Shown piece after piece: positions 18,383 to 28,365 of a stretch of 53,128 bases of DNA. The stretch comes from an uncultured Bacteroidaceae bacterium (GTDB lineage: Bacteria; Bacteroidota; Bacteroidia; Bacteroidales; GCA-2748055): assembly GCA_964454295.1 (NCBI GenBank), contig CAYVTV010000002.1:1-53128 (forward strand), in the 5' to 3' direction. The notes under the pieces were generated by a model. The model was not told the origin of the DNA. It did no database searches and was given only the letters and a program-made list of their open reading frames with translations. Every line of letters starts with the position of its first letter. Within the stretch, counting starts at the first letter, position 1. Both the position numbers and the translations under genes were made by a program.

Positions 18383-18535
18383 TTATTTCTGTGGGTTGAA
18401 TATACTGAAATCCTCAATCGAATTAATACGCTCTCTGCTTTGCACATAAAATTCCCCATCGTGTGCATTAAAGTCCCGGCAAACCAGAGTTACCTGTTCG
18501 GCATTTTGCCAGGTTAACCGGGCTTGTGTTGGACC
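18383..18535 (-). pseudogene. Remnant of the 5' end of a second GH29 fucosidase gene
   Basis: The minus strand reads ..PTQARLTWQNAEQVTLVCRDFNAHDGEFYVQSRERINSIEDFSIFNPQK*. This aligns to PTQAQLTWQNAELVAVFSYDLHVFDGEKYNQQKNRITPIADYNIFNPK of the gene at 15885..17285. The nucleotide block GTTCGGCATTTTGCCAGGTTAAC is shared with 17156..17178. Confidence 0.75.
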
Positions 18536-18577
18536 AGGGTCTTTCGCTTGCCCCCAACTTTTTAATGAATATTTGAA

Positions 18578-18762
18578 ATTCCGGCGTTTGTCAGCACTCT
18601 AATCTGGTTTAAAGTGAGCAGTTCATAGAAAAGTAAATTGTAAATCAGGTTTGAATTGGTGTTGTGTTGTTTACATTCCGGTATGGTACTCAATTATTTA
18701 CGGAATGGCTTGCCCGGTTGATCCGGAATGAGGTGCTCTGTGTGACCGGAATTTCCATTTAT
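18578..18762 (+). repeat. R3 repeat, copy 2
   Basis: Aligns to 6700..6885 (see copy 1). Confidence 0.7.
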
Positions 18763-18793
18763 AGCTCTTTAGAAAACAGTTTCAACACAGGAT

Positions 18794-18931
18794 TGCAAAA
18801 GCCGGAAGCCTTGACCACATTCAGCCGGTAATTTTAACAATTTAGTACTTGTTTATTTTTCAAAGGATTAACTTCGGCGTGAGATGCTCAATCTAATCCG
18901 GCGCCAAGTGGTAAGGGCACCGGCTTTTGCA
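18794..18931 (+). mobile_element. R1 MITE-like element, subfamily 1 (copy B)
   Basis: Full-length with both termini: TGCAAAAGCCGG...CCGGCTTTTGCA. Confidence 0.8.
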
Positions 18932-18981
18932 GTCAGGAACACTAACCGTTCTGAAATGTCCATTTTGGCATTGATTGGTTT

Positions 18982-19548
18982 TTAATAATATTTTTCAATT
19001 CCTCCATAACCTTTAATAAGTTTATTTTTTCGTGTTTTATCAATAAAACTGGAAAGTCGTTTTTTGAACTCATCAGGTCGGTTACGGGCACTTTCGATAT
19101 AGGCAATGCGAATTCTTTTATAAGAATCTGAAAACAGTTGATAATTTCGCCATGCAATTCTATCGTTTCTTATCGCTTCAATGATATCAGAAGGGAAGAG
19201 AAATTTTTGATTAATAGTTTGTCTTACAATTTTTTCTAGGGAAGGATGGATCATATTTTTATCAAGAAGCCATTTTAGTCTTTCTTTGTTAGCCTGTGAA
19301 TAATCACTTTTGGGATTTCTTGGAGTAAATCGTTGAATAGTATTGTTATTGTCAAGTGCTTTGACGGTACTATCAATCCAGCCAAAACAAAGAGCTTCCT
19401 CGACGGCGTCGTTGTAAGGAATACGGATTTTCCCAGCACTTTTTTTGGGATAGACTAACCAAATTTCTGTTGCTTTGTCAAAGTTATCATTAAGCCAGTC
19501 TCGCCATTCTTTTCTTGTCGTCACATAAAGAGTTTTGTTATTAGTCAT
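18982..19548 (-). CDS. YdeI/OmpD-associated family protein
   Basis: WRDWLNDNFDKATEIWLVYPKK..IPYNDAVEEALCFGWIDSTVKALD..RFTPRNPKSDYSQANKERL is typical of the YdeI/OmdA family. I prefer the ATG at comp. 19546-19548 (MTNNKTLYV). Confidence 0.75.
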   Translation of the reverse strand: MTNNKTLYVTTRKEWRDWLNDNFDKATEIWLVYPKKSAGKIRIPYNDAVEEALCFGWIDSTVKALDNNNTIQRFTPRNPKSDYSQANKERLKWLLDKNMIHPSLEKIVRQTINQKFLFPSDIIEAIRNDRIAWRNYQLFSDSYKRIRIAYIESARNRPDEFKKRLSSFIDKTRKNKLIKGYGGIEKYY

Positions 19549-19645
19549 GGCACTTTGGCGTATATACAAAAGTTGTCCAATTACTGCCAGCTTTTTTTTG
19601 TTTATTAAAAGTAAACATAATTTTTCACCCAATTTTCATTCAAAA

Positions 19646-19744
19646 CCTTGCACCAAATATTATGACACCCACAATCGGTCTTGTAAGTGTCTGATTTGAT
19701 CAGAAATCCGTCCTTCTTTGACCACTTCAGAAGAAGGTCTGAAA
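19646..19744 (+). repeat. R2 element (copy 1)
   Basis: ..GACACCCACAATCGGTCTTGTAAGTGTCTGATTT..AAATCCGTCCTTCTTTGACCACTTCAGAAGAAGGTCTGAAA. Confidence 0.8.
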
Positions 19745-19890
19745 TAACTTAACAATTAACGAGATAACAAGTATTTACCTCCAATTATAAGGTATTCATA
19801 TTGAAATGGTTATTTATTATTTTGACTCTATTATCCACATTGATATCTGGTTCCATATTTTTTCAGTTTAGTTATAAAGCTTTAGAATAG

Positions 19891-20025
19891 TGCAAAAGCT
19901 GGCGACCCTGACTATCTCTCGCTGGCACAAATTGACCACCCGGGGCCGGAGTTAATTGAACTATAGATAAATATAAAAATATCCAATTTGCCGGCGGAAT
20001 GTGGTCAAGGCGGCCGGCTTATGCA
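19891..20025 (-). mobile_element. R1 MITE-like element, subfamily 2 (copy C)
   Basis: TGCAAAAGCTGG..CTGACTAT..ATTGACCACC..GCCGGCGGAATGTGGTCAAGGCGGCCGGCTTATGCA. This is the inverse arrangement of subfamily 1. Confidence 0.7.
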
Positions 20026-20082
20026 ATCTGGAGGATATGTTTTATTAATAAATTGAAATCAAGACTAAATAAAAGAAAAAAA

Positions 20083-21699
20083 TTACTGTGGATTTATTGT
20101 TACTATCCAGTTGGTCTGCCATTGCCAGACATCATCATTATGGTCAGATACATCTTGTGGTCTTAATGTAATGGTTTCTCCGCTAATAAATTTCTCATAA
20201 GGAACTTCAATAAATTGACCCATCTTCCCAAAAGTTCCGTCACACCTTGCTCCTGAAGGCTGCTCCTTATTTGAACTCCTCGGATCATCCCAGGAAGGAA
20301 AGTAACCATTAACACCATCAAGAAATCCATGACTTATATAAATCTTTTTCCCTATCTGCCATATTCGTGCCGGGACAAAAAAATTCGGTGGAGAAGCAGC
20401 CAGTAATGGCGGAGGTGGAGTATTATTAATAGGGTCACTGCATTCCCAATTCTCTACTTTCATGCTTTTTTCATCCGGCTCAAGTTCTGCAATTAAGGTG
20501 CACTCCCCTTTAGCGGCAAGTGGTCTTAAGGCTTCTGGTAAATTTGGAATTGTCCGGTATAGTGATTTGCTGTTTATTGCCCTGCCCCTGAATTTCATAG
20601 ATACGGTAAAATTATATGGATATGGGGGATCCCCTCCCTTGACGAAGCCTGATTCTGTTTCCCGGACATGGATTATTATTGCCGGATTTATCTTGATGGG
20701 AATTTCACCGATTTTATCCTGTTCATCATTCTCTCCACCGAGTGGAACATTTGATGGATGCCTTGTTTGACAAGTGTTATAAACTAATATTGTATCTTCT
20801 GAAATATTAATCTCGTTCGGGGCAACATATTTCAAATCGATATTGCCGTTATCACAAAAAAAAGCATAATGGTTCTTAGAATCTTCGTATTTACATTTAA
20901 CTCCATTTTCAAGCTTCCCATGTCTTACTTCAACCATTATTCTCTGCCAGTGTTTTGGTGGCTGATCCTTGTCATCAAATAACTTTAACCTTACATCCAT
21001 TTTCTCCCCGGATTCAACCGATTCCTTTTCAGGGATCAGTTCTGTCTTTACCGGAACCTGTTCATAATCCCATATGATCTCCTTTAAATTAACAAAATGC
21101 CCGTCGAACATAGCTTCGAGTGCTGTTATGTTTTCTCCCTGACCTTCCCACTCCTGACTTGAAGCTTCTTTTACAACTTCATTCCATTGTGGATTGAATA
21201 GCTTGACAGAAAATTTCCAGCTACCGTATGCCTCTCCGGGTTCATAATGTTTGCTACCAGTCTCTGATTCGCCTTCCCAACTGCCATTTATGATCTTATC
21301 AATCTTAAGTAATTCAAGATTACCTATCCAGATATATTCAAATTCCTTAACTATCTCAGTCGGCGAATTAAAATCAGGTTGAGAGTTATTCGTGGTGGCT
21401 GCGATTTTTGACAGTAAACTATCTAAATTTAGGGTACCTGTCCAGTGTTTGATTCCTAAAGGATGAGGACATTCACTCATTTCATCACCTATTTTATTAA
21501 AGATAAACATATCCCAAGCATTAATGATGAACGAGGATATATCATCCTCTTGCCCCACAGGCATGGGGAACGGGGTGAAAACCAATGTCCTTGAGCAACA
21601 ATACTTATCTTCATTCTGAGCTTTAAGTATTTGTGAAATGACAGTCAATAAGATAATCAGGAATGTTTTAATCTGATTAAAAACTATTTTATGTTTCAT
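20083..21699 (-). CDS. Hypothetical secreted protein
   Basis: 538-aa ORF with a signal peptide (FLIILLTVISQILKAQ). No motif recognised. Confidence 0.6.
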   Translation of the reverse strand: MKHKIVFNQIKTFLIILLTVISQILKAQNEDKYCCSRTLVFTPFPMPVGQEDDISSFIINAWDMFIFNKIGDEMSECPHPLGIKHWTGTLNLDSLLSKIAATTNNSQPDFNSPTEIVKEFEYIWIGNLELLKIDKIINGSWEGESETGSKHYEPGEAYGSWKFSVKLFNPQWNEVVKEASSQEWEGQGENITALEAMFDGHFVNLKEIIWDYEQVPVKTELIPEKESVESGEKMDVRLKLFDDKDQPPKHWQRIMVEVRHGKLENGVKCKYEDSKNHYAFFCDNGNIDLKYVAPNEINISEDTILVYNTCQTRHPSNVPLGGENDEQDKIGEIPIKINPAIIIHVRETESGFVKGGDPPYPYNFTVSMKFRGRAINSKSLYRTIPNLPEALRPLAAKGECTLIAELEPDEKSMKVENWECSDPINNTPPPPLLAASPPNFFVPARIWQIGKKIYISHGFLDGVNGYFPSWDDPRSSNKEQPSGARCDGTFGKMGQFIEVPYEKFISGETITLRPQDVSDHNDDVWQWQTNWIVTINPQ

Positions 21700-21787
21700 G
21701 ATTAATTAAGGATATAAAACTCACTTCTCTCAGGTAGTATCAGTTTTAGCTATCTGAATAAATAAAAATACCGGTAAGTCCGGCAAA

Positions 21788-22483
21788 TTAAAATCCCGGC
21801 ATTTCACTAAAAGTAATATTCTTTGGGATCTCAAAATATTTACTGTCTACAGGGATGCCCGTTTTTAATGAAGTTACTTCCTGGCCTGATACAACAGTAC
21901 CAATATTCATTTCCATCTTCATTAATATCCCTTTCCATATTAATACCTTTCCCATGTCTCCCTTATAAACCGTACATTCCTTACCCTGCAACATTTCAGT
22001 TCCGCTCTTAGTCATCCCCATTTGTTCATACATGGAAGCTGTGAGAGACTCCATTTCCTCCTTTGATTTTCCCATCATCATTTTAACCATGGGATTTTTT
22101 GCTTTCATCCCTTCTCCCGGTTTTGAAGGATCCCACATGTATTGGTCTTCGCCAAGAGTTAAAGACCATCCTTTGCTCGGTTCACCCTGTTGGACGATCT
22201 CCGCATAAACAGCACTTTTAATACCATAATCATCGAAATACTGGGTCGATTTTCCGGTTTTATCTCCGGAATAGGTATACTCAATTATACCCGATTTAAC
22301 TCCAATTGGACCTCCCTTGTCATTCTGTTGATTTGATTCATTAGCCTCAACAGCATTAGTTTCAATGACCTCAGCGGCTTTTTCTGATTCAGCATCTGAA
22401 GCATTCTGTTTTTGTGCACAACTAGCTGGCAGTACCAGAAACAGAATGAAACCAAAAACACTGCATAAAGATTTTGTTTTCAT
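21788..22483 (-). CDS. Hypothetical Met-rich lipoprotein
   Basis: I prefer the start MKTKSLCSVFGFILFLVLPASC (comp. 22481-22483). No motif recognised. Confidence 0.55.
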   Translation of the reverse strand: MKTKSLCSVFGFILFLVLPASCAQKQNASDAESEKAAEVIETNAVEANESNQQNDKGGPIGVKSGIIEYTYSGDKTGKSTQYFDDYGIKSAVYAEIVQQGEPSKGWSLTLGEDQYMWDPSKPGEGMKAKNPMVKMMMGKSKEEMESLTASMYEQMGMTKSGTEMLQGKECTVYKGDMGKVLIWKGILMKMEMNIGTVVSGQEVTSLKTGIPVDSKYFEIPKNITFSEMPGF

Positions 22484-22691
22484 AATAATGATTATTGAAT
22501 ATTTAAAAGAATCAATATCAGACATATGTTCTTTCATCAAGTTACTGCATTTTTTCGAAATAAACTCTAATGCAGTTGTGAAAAGTCTACGTGCCTCATT
22601 CTAATAAGTTAAGTTCCTTCATAAGATTTAGAAGTGCCAAATGAAATAACCTCTTCCATCAATAATGATGTCGTCAAGAATTGATAATTGT

Positions 22692-22764
22692 TCCTGGACT
22701 GCCAAATGTCTGATTTTCCTGAAAATCCGTCCATCTTTGACCACTTCAGAAGAAGGTCTGGAAA
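22692..22764 (+). repeat. R2 element (copy 2)
   Basis: TCCTGGACTGCCAAATGTCTGATTTTCCTGAAAATCCGTCCATCTTTGACCACTTCAGAAGAAGGTCTGGAAA. Confidence 0.8.
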
Positions 22765-22891
22765 CTTTTAAAATACATTTGGAAACAACCTTAATTTAAC
22801 TCTTGATCGGAAATTATAATGATTCGGCTGACTATGATCACGATTGCCAATGGAAGGGAGCATTAAATAAAATAAGAGGTTAATCAGAGGT

Positions 22892-23030
22892 TGCTAAAGC
22901 CGGTGACCCTCACCACCTCATGCCGGGGTAAATTGGCCACGCAACGCCGGGCTTAATATCATGATCTGTTGATAACTATAAAAATTTTGATTTTTCCGGC
23001 GGAATGTGGTCAAGGCGGCCGGCTTATGCA
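22892..23030 (-). mobile_element. R1 MITE-like element, subfamily 2 (copy D)
   Basis: Its right 35 nt (CCGGCGGAATGTGGTCAAGGCGGCCGGCTTATGCA) are identical to copy C. Confidence 0.7.
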
Positions 23031-23128
23031 GTTAACAAGCCATTCTTGAAAATTCTGAAGAATTTATATTCCCGGATAGCCATTTTTTGTAACTTGTAGA
23101 ATTCGGTTACTGGAAAAGATCTTTTGTC

Positions 23129-25315
23129 ATGACAGAAAATGAAAAACTGGACAGAATCGCCATCAGTGTACACTCACACCGGCTCCTCAGGATCCTGCTC
23201 AGGGAAAATCCCATGCTTGAAACCATTATGCGGGAATCAAAAAATGAAATCGAGGCACAGCTCGGTGTAAAGAACTGGATTCATTCAGAATACAGAAGTA
23301 GAAAAGATGCTTTCAGGTTTCAAATCGACAAGGTTACCAAGATTGAAAATTTCGAAAAGTTATCATGGAATGATTATGCAATTATCAGGATCCTTGACTA
23401 CATCGATCATGCAGGCATTGAATATCCTGACCGTAATTTGCGGGGTGAAATTGCAGTAAGCAATCCCATCAGGCTGATATGGCTCGCCGTAATTAAGGGA
23501 ACCGGTGGGGCGAAACCTGATTTCTTCATCGATATGATCGAGCTATTCAGACAATTGAGGGGTGAAAGCAATCAGATAATTCCCGACAGAGACATCATTG
23601 AAAAATGGATGGACAGGTATCCTTCCGGACTTGATCCGCGTATCGTTGAGCTGAGGAAAGAGAATAAGGAGCGGATCATCAACATTCTGATTGATAAAAT
23701 CGATTCAGGTGAAATTCGTGATCAGTTATATGCCTTCCCCGATGGACTTTCATATAGTGAAAAACAGGAAATTGTAAAAGGGTGGTGGGACCATTATAAA
23801 TTCCATCTGAGATTTGCCATCCGGTCACCAGATCTGCTGAATGAGATGCTTGGGCACTCGCTTGACCCGGATACCATGAAAATACTATATGATGCAGAAA
23901 AGGCAGGTATTCCATTCTTCGTGAACCCATATTATTTATCACTTCTTCATGTCCGCGTTCCGTATTTTGCCATTGGGGCTGACCTTGCAATAAGGCATTA
24001 TATTGTTTACAGCCGCCAGCTGGTACAGGAGTTCGGAAACATAGTTGCCTGGGAAAAAGAAGATGAGGTTGTCCCGGGCAAACCAAATGCAGCCGGATGG
24101 ATACTCCCCTCATACAACAATATCCACAGAAGGTATCCGGAAGTAGCCATTCTTATACCTGATTCTATGGGCAGAGCATGTGGCGGATTGTGTTCCTCAT
24201 GCCAGCGAATGTTTGACTTTCAGCGTGGAAACCTGAACTTCGATCTTGAAAAACTCAAACCAGATGAAAAGTGGCCGGCAAAACTTAAGAAACTGCTGAA
24301 ATATTTTGAGGAAGACACTCAGCTCAGGGATATATTGATAACAGGAGGAGATGCTCTGATGAGCTCAGATCAGACCATGAAAAATATGCTGGATGCTATT
24401 TATGACATGGCCAGAAATAAGCATATCCAAAATGAAAAAAGGGCTGAAGGAGAGAAATTTGCTGAAATACAAAGGATAAGACTTGGTACAAGAATGTTGG
24501 CATACCTCCCTCAGAGGGTAACTCCTGAATTAGTTAAAATACTTGGTGATTTTAGAAAGAAGGCGCAACAAATCAGCATTAGTCAGTTTATCATTCAAAC
24601 CCATTTTCAGTCACCAATGGAAGTAACGCCTGAAGTCAGATCAGCGATTCAAAGGCTAATCAGCGCCGGATGGATTATTACCAACCAACTGGTCTTTGCC
24701 ACAGCTGCTTCCCGAAGAGGACATACCGCAAAACTGAGACAGGTGCTAAACGATGCCGGGATTCTGCCCTACTACACATTCACTGTAAAAGGCTACATGG
24801 AAAACAACTTCAATTTTGCCCCCAATGCCAGGGTAGTGCAGGAACAACTTGAAGAAAAGGTTATCGGTAAAATTGAGAACGAACATTACGAAGCAATCCG
24901 GCAATTCACTGAAAATGCAGAAAGTATAGTTGACAGAATAAATGCACTACGACGCCCTGCCTCTTTGCCGTTCCTGGGTACGGACCGGAATGTTCTGAAC
25001 TTGCCAGGTGTTGGCAAAAGCTTGACTTTCCGGGTTGTTGGGATTACAAGGTACGGGCGGCGGATGCTTCAATTTGATCACGATGTCACCAGAACTCATA
25101 GCCCTATTATCAAAAAACTGGGAAAAATGATCATAATTGAATCAAAATCAATTCATGAATACCTGAGACAGCTTGAGGAACTTGGTGAAGAACCAAAAGA
25201 ATATGATGGGTTGTTTGGTTACAGTATCGGGCAGACTGAGCCCCGTGTGCCTATTTATGAATACCCTGAGTACAACTATAAGGTCACAAAAGAACTGAGC
25301 AGCATAGAGATATAG
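23129..25315 (+). CDS. KamA-family radical SAM protein (lysine 2,3-aminomutase-like), unusually long
   Basis: 728-aa ORF with the CxxxCxxC cluster CGGLCSSCQRMF at about residue 350, followed by ILITGGDALM. There are long extra N- and C-terminal regions relative to the ~416-aa canonical KamA. Confidence 0.75.
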   Translation: MTENEKLDRIAISVHSHRLLRILLRENPMLETIMRESKNEIEAQLGVKNWIHSEYRSRKDAFRFQIDKVTKIENFEKLSWNDYAIIRILDYIDHAGIEYPDRNLRGEIAVSNPIRLIWLAVIKGTGGAKPDFFIDMIELFRQLRGESNQIIPDRDIIEKWMDRYPSGLDPRIVELRKENKERIINILIDKIDSGEIRDQLYAFPDGLSYSEKQEIVKGWWDHYKFHLRFAIRSPDLLNEMLGHSLDPDTMKILYDAEKAGIPFFVNPYYLSLLHVRVPYFAIGADLAIRHYIVYSRQLVQEFGNIVAWEKEDEVVPGKPNAAGWILPSYNNIHRRYPEVAILIPDSMGRACGGLCSSCQRMFDFQRGNLNFDLEKLKPDEKWPAKLKKLLKYFEEDTQLRDILITGGDALMSSDQTMKNMLDAIYDMARNKHIQNEKRAEGEKFAEIQRIRLGTRMLAYLPQRVTPELVKILGDFRKKAQQISISQFIIQTHFQSPMEVTPEVRSAIQRLISAGWIITNQLVFATAASRRGHTAKLRQVLNDAGILPYYTFTVKGYMENNFNFAPNARVVQEQLEEKVIGKIENEHYEAIRQFTENAESIVDRINALRRPASLPFLGTDRNVLNLPGVGKSLTFRVVGITRYGRRMLQFDHDVTRTHSPIIKKLGKMIIIESKSIHEYLRQLEELGEEPKEYDGLFGYSIGQTEPRVPIYEYPEYNYKVTKELSSIEI

Positions 25316-25454
25316 TGTAAAAGCCGCCAACTCTGACCACTCTCCACCGGAGTTAATTGACCACCTCTCGCCGGTTGTATGTATCTGTTGTCATGTAGCT
25401 TATGTTTTTGAACTTTAAACCGGCCAGAAGTGGTCAATGGTTCCTGCTTGTGCA
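25316..25454 (-). mobile_element. R1 MITE-like element, subfamily 2 (copy E)
   Basis: TGTAAAAGCCGCC..CTGACCAC..ATTGACCACC..AAGTGGTCAATGG..CTGCTTGTGCA. It starts on the base after the KamA-like stop codon. Confidence 0.65.
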
Positions 25455-25535
25455 ATTCAGCACTTATCCATTAATGAAATTAAGTATCAATATGGATAAA
25501 AATTGATTTTTCCTGTTTATTGATACCTAATGATG

Positions 25536-26762
25536 TTAAAGTGTGAACATTGTCAAGGATTCACTGTCTTTGATATAAATTCTGTTACCTGAAAGAATCG
25601 GATGAGCATATATTCCAATTTCAGAAAGCTTTATTTGTGCTATCAGGTTCGATTTCTGTCTATCCGGTTTTAAAACAATAAAGATGGAATTGCTTGATAA
25701 ACCAATTATTACTGAACCTGCATCTATCAATGATCCGAAGTTCTGAAATGCGCTTTCATCTGTCCATCCTGTCTGTCCGTTAACAGCATTTACGCAGAAA
25801 AGTCTTCCATTAGTTGAAAAGGCATAAAGATACCCGTCTTTCAACAGCGGAGTGCAGTAGGAAGTACTGAAATCAGGATTAGTCCATAATTTATTCACTG
25901 TAAATTCATTACTCTGCTTTTTAATCTCAATGGCATTGACACCATTGTTGAGTCCGGTGTAATATACCTTGTTCTGGTCAACAACAGGGCTTGCGGCATT
26001 CTGAACTCTGCCTGCACCGACAGGTGTTTGATACTCCCACAGTACTTTTCCATCTGGAATATTCAGACTTGCCAATTTTGTTTGTGACTGAAAAAGGATC
26101 TGTTTTGATCCATCTATTGTTATAAGGACGGGCGATCCGTAGGCGGGTCCCTCTCCTGGTGTTTTCCACTTTACTGAACCTGTGGCAAGATCAAAAGCTA
26201 CAAACTGACCAGTCTGAGGACCGCCAAGATTTGCAAAACAGACGCCATCTGAAAGGAGAGGAGACATACCTGTATAAAACTGGGGAACGGCACCTTTAAA
26301 TTCTTCATTTCTCCAGATCAATTTACCCGTGGCAGCATCGAAACAGGCTATATCACCGCCAACTCCGATTGTTACAACTTTACCTTCACCAACAGCCGGA
26401 GAGCTCCTTGGGCCTGGGTGTGAAGAGGCTGGCCCTGTCACAACATCTGCCGGATATCCGGCTGATTGCCAGACCTGTTTCCCTGTTAATGCATCAAGAC
26501 AATGAAGTACTTCATTGTTGCCAATTCTGGAAAATACATAGAGCCTGTCTTTTACAAGGGCAGGAGTTGCATCACCGAGGCCTATATCAACCTTCCATGA
26601 TTGATTCAGCTGCCGGGGCCAGGTTTGCAAAACCTTGAATCCGGTTACCCTTCCGTCACGGTTTGTACCACGCCACTGAGGCCAGTCCTGGGCCTTGCAC
26701 ATCAATAATCCAGTTGATAATAAAACAACTGATAATGCCAAATTCTTAATTAATGACTTCAT
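25536..26762 (-). CDS. PQQ-like beta-propeller repeat protein (BamB-like fold), secreted
   Basis: AQDWPQWRGTNRDG, followed by repeated G.V/L.W blade motifs. I prefer the start MKSLIKNLALSVVLL (comp. 26760-26762). Confidence 0.75.
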   Translation of the reverse strand: MKSLIKNLALSVVLLSTGLLMCKAQDWPQWRGTNRDGRVTGFKVLQTWPRQLNQSWKVDIGLGDATPALVKDRLYVFSRIGNNEVLHCLDALTGKQVWQSAGYPADVVTGPASSHPGPRSSPAVGEGKVVTIGVGGDIACFDAATGKLIWRNEEFKGAVPQFYTGMSPLLSDGVCFANLGGPQTGQFVAFDLATGSVKWKTPGEGPAYGSPVLITIDGSKQILFQSQTKLASLNIPDGKVLWEYQTPVGAGRVQNAASPVVDQNKVYYTGLNNGVNAIEIKKQSNEFTVNKLWTNPDFSTSYCTPLLKDGYLYAFSTNGRLFCVNAVNGQTGWTDESAFQNFGSLIDAGSVIIGLSSNSIFIVLKPDRQKSNLIAQIKLSEIGIYAHPILSGNRIYIKDSESLTMFTL

Positions 26763-27061
26763 TTTACTAACTATCTGATGGTTAAATTCCACTACTTTAA
26801 AGTTAAGTATTTTAATTCATCCAGGCGATGTAGTGTAATCAGTTGAAAAATTGTGTCAATAAAGGTATACAGAGGCTAACTGTTCTATTTTCCTGAACGT
26901 AAATTCCAACAATTTTCAAATAAATGATCCGGTTCTTATGTTCAGAAAATAAGGCAGAATGGTTGATTCTAAAAGGAAGCATCAGGATGAGACTTCTGAT
27001 TTATTTAATTCAGAAATCTGATGATCTGAACAGGATATTTTTGAACAGATCAAAACCAACT

Positions 27062-27793
27062 TCAATGAAAAACAGCATCCAGATCCTGATATGCTTTATG
27101 CACTGACTCAACGGCCTCTTTTTTCTTTTCCGGATCATCAATATTCACGGCATCTTTAAGGATAATTGTCGCATTGTATAATTTTTCCGCTGAAATATCA
27201 AATTTGTTTATATTTTCTCCCAGTCTCTTCTTTAACTTATCCTTGGGATAGGTTTTTATGACTTCGGCTTTTTCAACAAGGATACTGGTTAATCTGGCTA
27301 TTTCATCAAATTTTCTGTCAGGGTAATGCTTATGATAAATAATATACAATGTTTGATGATAATCGTCGATTTCTTTTATCGCGGGCCGTATAGCTCTGTT
27401 CATTCTCTCATATACAGAATGAAGCCTTTCTGCGGCTGTCAGGATTGCTTCATTATCACCACTAACGACTGCAGCATTGTAATTTTTTGCCGAGACATTT
27501 AACTCATTTAACAGGTTTTTCCATTGAGTCTCTTTGTCCCTTAAGATTCCCGGCAGTTTTGCTTTATTTATGGACTCAACCGATTCTTTTATCTGCGGGG
27601 TAAATCCTTTTAAAGCATCATAATCTTTAGCAGGGTAAGCATCATGCCACATGGGATAGATGATCTTATGAAAATCAGTAAGCTCTGGCACTGTGGAAGT
27701 AATTTCTACCGGATCAATTTTTGTCTGGGCAAAGGATAAATGAGAATTGAATAATACTGGCAAAAGGCAGAATAAAATAAACAACTTTTTCAT
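27062..27793 (-). CDS. Hypothetical secreted helical protein with an internal duplication
   Basis: Signal peptide present. The repeated motif is DFHKIIYPMWHDAYPAKDYDAL / DYHQTLYIIYHKHYPDRKFDEI. Confidence 0.55.
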   Translation of the reverse strand: MKKLFILFCLLPVLFNSHLSFAQTKIDPVEITSTVPELTDFHKIIYPMWHDAYPAKDYDALKGFTPQIKESVESINKAKLPGILRDKETQWKNLLNELNVSAKNYNAAVVSGDNEAILTAAERLHSVYERMNRAIRPAIKEIDDYHQTLYIIYHKHYPDRKFDEIARLTSILVEKAEVIKTYPKDKLKKRLGENINKFDISAEKLYNATIILKDAVNIDDPEKKKEAVESVHKAYQDLDAVFH

Positions 27794-27923
27794 AGAAATT
27801 ATTTTTCTGGTATAACTAATTCAATCAGTCTGTAAATTTAATCTTTTTTATCTGTAATAAACTGATCCAAAATGAGACAGGAACTAAATAACAAATGAAT
27901 TTATATCGGTAAAGTTGAATCTG

Positions 27924-27942
27924 TGCAAAAGCCGACGACAGG
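27924..27942 (-). repeat. R1 terminus fragment
   Basis: TGCAAAAGCCGACGAC only. Confidence 0.4.
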
Positions 27943-28365
27943 GGGACTTTTTTATACGAATATACCAGTCTATGTTTTAGGTTATACTGGTACCGAATGA
28001 TAGTACAGTCGCATCCCTTTATTTATCTAAAGAGAAATTTCTTCTCCAGGTTAAACTGCCATTATGGTTCTTATATGAAGTTGCTCGTACTTTTTCAGTC
28101 GCTATCATTATTATCGATTATTAACATTCTGCCGTATGAGTGATCGTTTTTTGCGACGCAAGGGCGAATCATCGATCAGCTGCATGAGAATAACATTATT
28201 CCTCCAAAACCTCGTCCGAAACTGGCACCAAAAAAGTTAAAATTTTGAGGTTTTATTTTAGTAAATTTTCAAACCAGATGTCTTTTAGAAAAAGCTCTAC
28301 CTGAACCGAGTTTGAGATATCTTTCAAAGGCATATGCTTTGCATTTATCCGTAAATGCTATATAG

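Noticed and set aside
19700-19744. The R2 core hairpin as a Rho-independent terminator
   Set aside because: No U-tract follows the stem. Copies occur upstream of genes, between divergent genes and downstream of genes alike, all on one strand regardless of gene direction.
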